From assembly GCA_963716255.1 (NCBI GenBank), contig OY970303.1:4480001-4544000 (forward strand): 64,000 bases of DNA, given 5' to 3'. A model generated the notes under the pieces. The model had not been told where the DNA came from. It did not search any database and saw only the letters and a program-made list of their open reading frames with translations. Source of the stretch: an uncultured Gemmatimonadales bacterium (lineage in GTDB: Bacteria > Gemmatimonadota > Gemmatimonadetes > Longimicrobiales > Longimicrobiaceae). Positions 62,134-64,000 of the stretch are shown here, in pieces (position 1 is the stretch's first letter; every line of letters begins with the position of its first letter). The position numbers were made by a program, and so were the translations under genes.

Positions 62134-62464
62134 GGATCCTCCTTGAAGGGTGTACCTCGGGATGGAAGCCACAAGCTAGCAGCGCACCGAATACGACAGC
62201 AACGAAGGTATAAGTGTGTAGGTGTCGTGGCCCGGTGGGTGGCGCATCGGTGCCCTCCCACGAGCAAGCTCCTGCCGCGTAACGGGGCAGGGCCTTGGCT
62301 GAATCGCCTCTCCTTGCCCAGCGTCCGTGTCGTGGTGGGCGGCACCCGTGGCAACGCTTCGTCCACGCTGCGGGTCGGCGCCGCCGGCCGGAAGTGACCG
62401 CGCCGGCCTCCGTCCCGTCCGTGACGCGCGGAAGTGCATCCCACCCTGGTTCCCGGAGGCTGCC

Positions 62465-62893
62465 ATGGTCACCACCCTTCGTCGGACGGCGCTCGTGCTG
62501 GGCGCGGCCGCTCTCGCCGCCTGCTCCCTTCCCCTGGACGCGGACCCGCACCCGGAGGGGGTGCGCATCGCCGTGGACCGCGCCGCCTACGCCCCGGGCG
62601 ACACCGTGGCCGCGCGCCTGGTGAACGACTCCGAGGCGACGCTGGGCTACAACCTGTGCTTCTCCACGCTGGAGCGGCAGCAGGGCGCGGAGTGGATCGC
62701 CGCCGACGAGCCGCTGATGATCTGCACCGCCGACCTGAAGGCGCTTCAGCCCGGGGAGAGCGTGGCGCACCGGCGCGAGCTGCCGGCCTGGCTGGAGAGC
62801 GGACGCTACCGGCTGAGGACCCACGTGACGTACCCGCTGACCGGCGGGGATCGCGCCGCGGTCCGATCCGCGGCCTTCACGGTCGCGCGCTAG
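62465..62893 (+). CDS. Hypothetical lipoprotein with Ig-like domain
   Basis: GGAGG RBS; lipobox LAAC; YAPGD, GYNLC, LQPGE, GRYRL. Confidence 0.7.
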   Translation: MVTTLRRTALVLGAAALAACSLPLDADPHPEGVRIAVDRAAYAPGDTVAARLVNDSEATLGYNLCFSTLERQQGAEWIAADEPLMICTADLKALQPGESVAHRRELPAWLESGRYRLRTHVTYPLTGGDRAAVRSAAFTVAR

Positions 62894-63072
62894 CTCCGCG
62901 GCTCCCCGCGCCGCGAGCGGCGGGAGACGCCCGGCGCCTCCCGCCGCATTCTGTTTCCGCCGGTCCCCAGGCTTGCGCTCCGGCCGGCGCGGGCCGACCT
63001 TGGGTCGCCCGCCGATCCCCGGCGGCGCGGGACCGTCCCGCCACGTCCACCGCCGGCCGCCGCGAGGCTCGC

Positions 63073-63420
63073 TTGGAGTACCAGACCCGGGTCAAGCTGT
63101 TCGTCGCCGACGCCCCCACCGAGTGGATCTCCGGCGCAATCGTCTGCCTGTACGACCGCGACCGGATCTCGCGGGACGACCACCTGGGCACCGACGTGAC
63201 CGACGCCTACGGCGAGGCGACCTTCCGGTACTCGGAGGAGCAGTTCATGGACGTGGACGACCGCATCGGCGGGTCGCTCCCGGAGCTGTACGTCATGGTG
63301 TACGACTCCGAGGGCCGCTGCGTGCTCTCCACCCGCGCGCAGGCGACTCCCAACGCGGCGCCGGACCTGCTGCGTGTGCCGGTTCCGCGCGACCTGGCGG
63401 CGCAGCACAAGCTCATCTGA
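63073..63420 (+). CDS. Hypothetical protein (transthyretin-like beta-sandwich)
   Basis: LYDRDRISRDDHLG..TDAYGEATF...PELY; TTG start inferred. Confidence 0.6.
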   Translation: MEYQTRVKLFVADAPTEWISGAIVCLYDRDRISRDDHLGTDVTDAYGEATFRYSEEQFMDVDDRIGGSLPELYVMVYDSEGRCVLSTRAQATPNAAPDLLRVPVPRDLAAQHKLI

Positions 63421-63438
63421 GAAGCAGTTTCCAACGGC

Positions 63439-63582
63439 GGGTTCGGGCGTGCCTCCGGCTGGCGCCGGGTCGGGCTTCGGCTCCGTAGGGCTGCAAACAA
63501 CGCAGCCCAACGGAGTCGAGCCCCGGCGGAAACGGCCCCGCCTGGTCTCGCCCCTCCGGGCCGTAATCCCTCACGCGACGGC
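63439..63582 (+). repeat. Family A hairpin repeat
   Basis: Near-identical to the 48210 copy. Confidence 0.85.
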
Positions 63583-63610
63583 AGGCCCTCTCCCCCGCCC
63601 GGCTGCCTGC

Positions 63611-64000
63611 CTAGGTGAGCAGGCGCTCCACGATCACCACGTCCTTCCACACCCCATCCAGCTGCCCGTGGCGGTGGTACACCCCCACCTCGCGGAAGCC
63701 GTGGCGGGCGCACAGGGCGCGCGAGGCCGCGTTCCCGGGGAAGATGCGCGAGACCAGCTTCCACAGCCCCGCCGCCTCGCAGGCGGGGAGGAAGACCGCC
63801 ATGAGCGCGTCGCCCACGCCCCGGCCGCGCGCCTCGCCGGCCACGTACACCGAGAACTCCGCGATCCCCGCGTAGCACTCCCGCGGCCGGTAGACCGACG
63901 CCGCCACCCACCCGGCGACCCCGCCGCCCGCCTCCGCCACCAGCACCGGGTGGCGCGCGTCGCCCAGCCAGGCGAGCACCTCGTCCGCGGCGCGCTCGCG
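63611..64000 (-). CDS. GNAT N-acetyltransferase, phosphinothricin/arsinothricin (ArsN1-like) family; 5' end outside window
   Basis: YRPRECYAGIAEFSVYV, RGRGVG, WKLVSRIFPGN, GFREVG...DVVIVERLL. Confidence 0.85.
   Translation of the reverse strand, partial: RERAADEVLAWLGDARHPVLVAEAGGGVAGWVAASVYRPRECYAGIAEFSVYVAGEARGRGVGDALMAVFLPACEAAGLWKLVSRIFPGNAASRALCARHGFREVGVYHRHGQLDGVWKDVVIVERLLT

Overview
64-kb, very GC-rich bacterial chromosomal window. Gene content and style suggest Gemmatimonadota (Longimicrobium-like), which is an inference. Housekeeping and accessory genes include thrABC, asnB, ettA, a fructose PTS operon (fruA-fruB/EI-fruK), corA, mscL, TonB, tag, an M2 peptidase, a GH13 hydrolase, an L,D-transpeptidase, an amidase, two CPA antiporters, sdpR-sdpI and an OLD-like ATPase/TOPRIM protein. 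There are two apparently identical IS630 copies in inverted orientation. The strongest candidate for an undescribed system occurs three times: an all-helical TPR-like protein gene convergent, tail-to-tail, with a tiny lipoprotein-signal prepeptide ending in a (GG..I)GSG[N/T/H/K] motif. It resembles an RRNPP-like peptide/receptor signalling family in a diderm bacterium. Also notable: (i) a complete Asn-codon leader-peptide attenuator upstream of asnB; (ii) 12 dispersed intergenic elements of about 100-155 bp in two families, built from covarying hairpins with a shared A(A/T)ACNRC loop; (iii) a terminator-containing thrA leader with no Thr-rich peptide; (iv) a MITE-like element bounded by a 26-bp perfect inverted repeat; (v) a macro-domain/DUF2203 fusion; (vi) several gene remnants. 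All family calls come from motif recognition by eye. No database searches were run.
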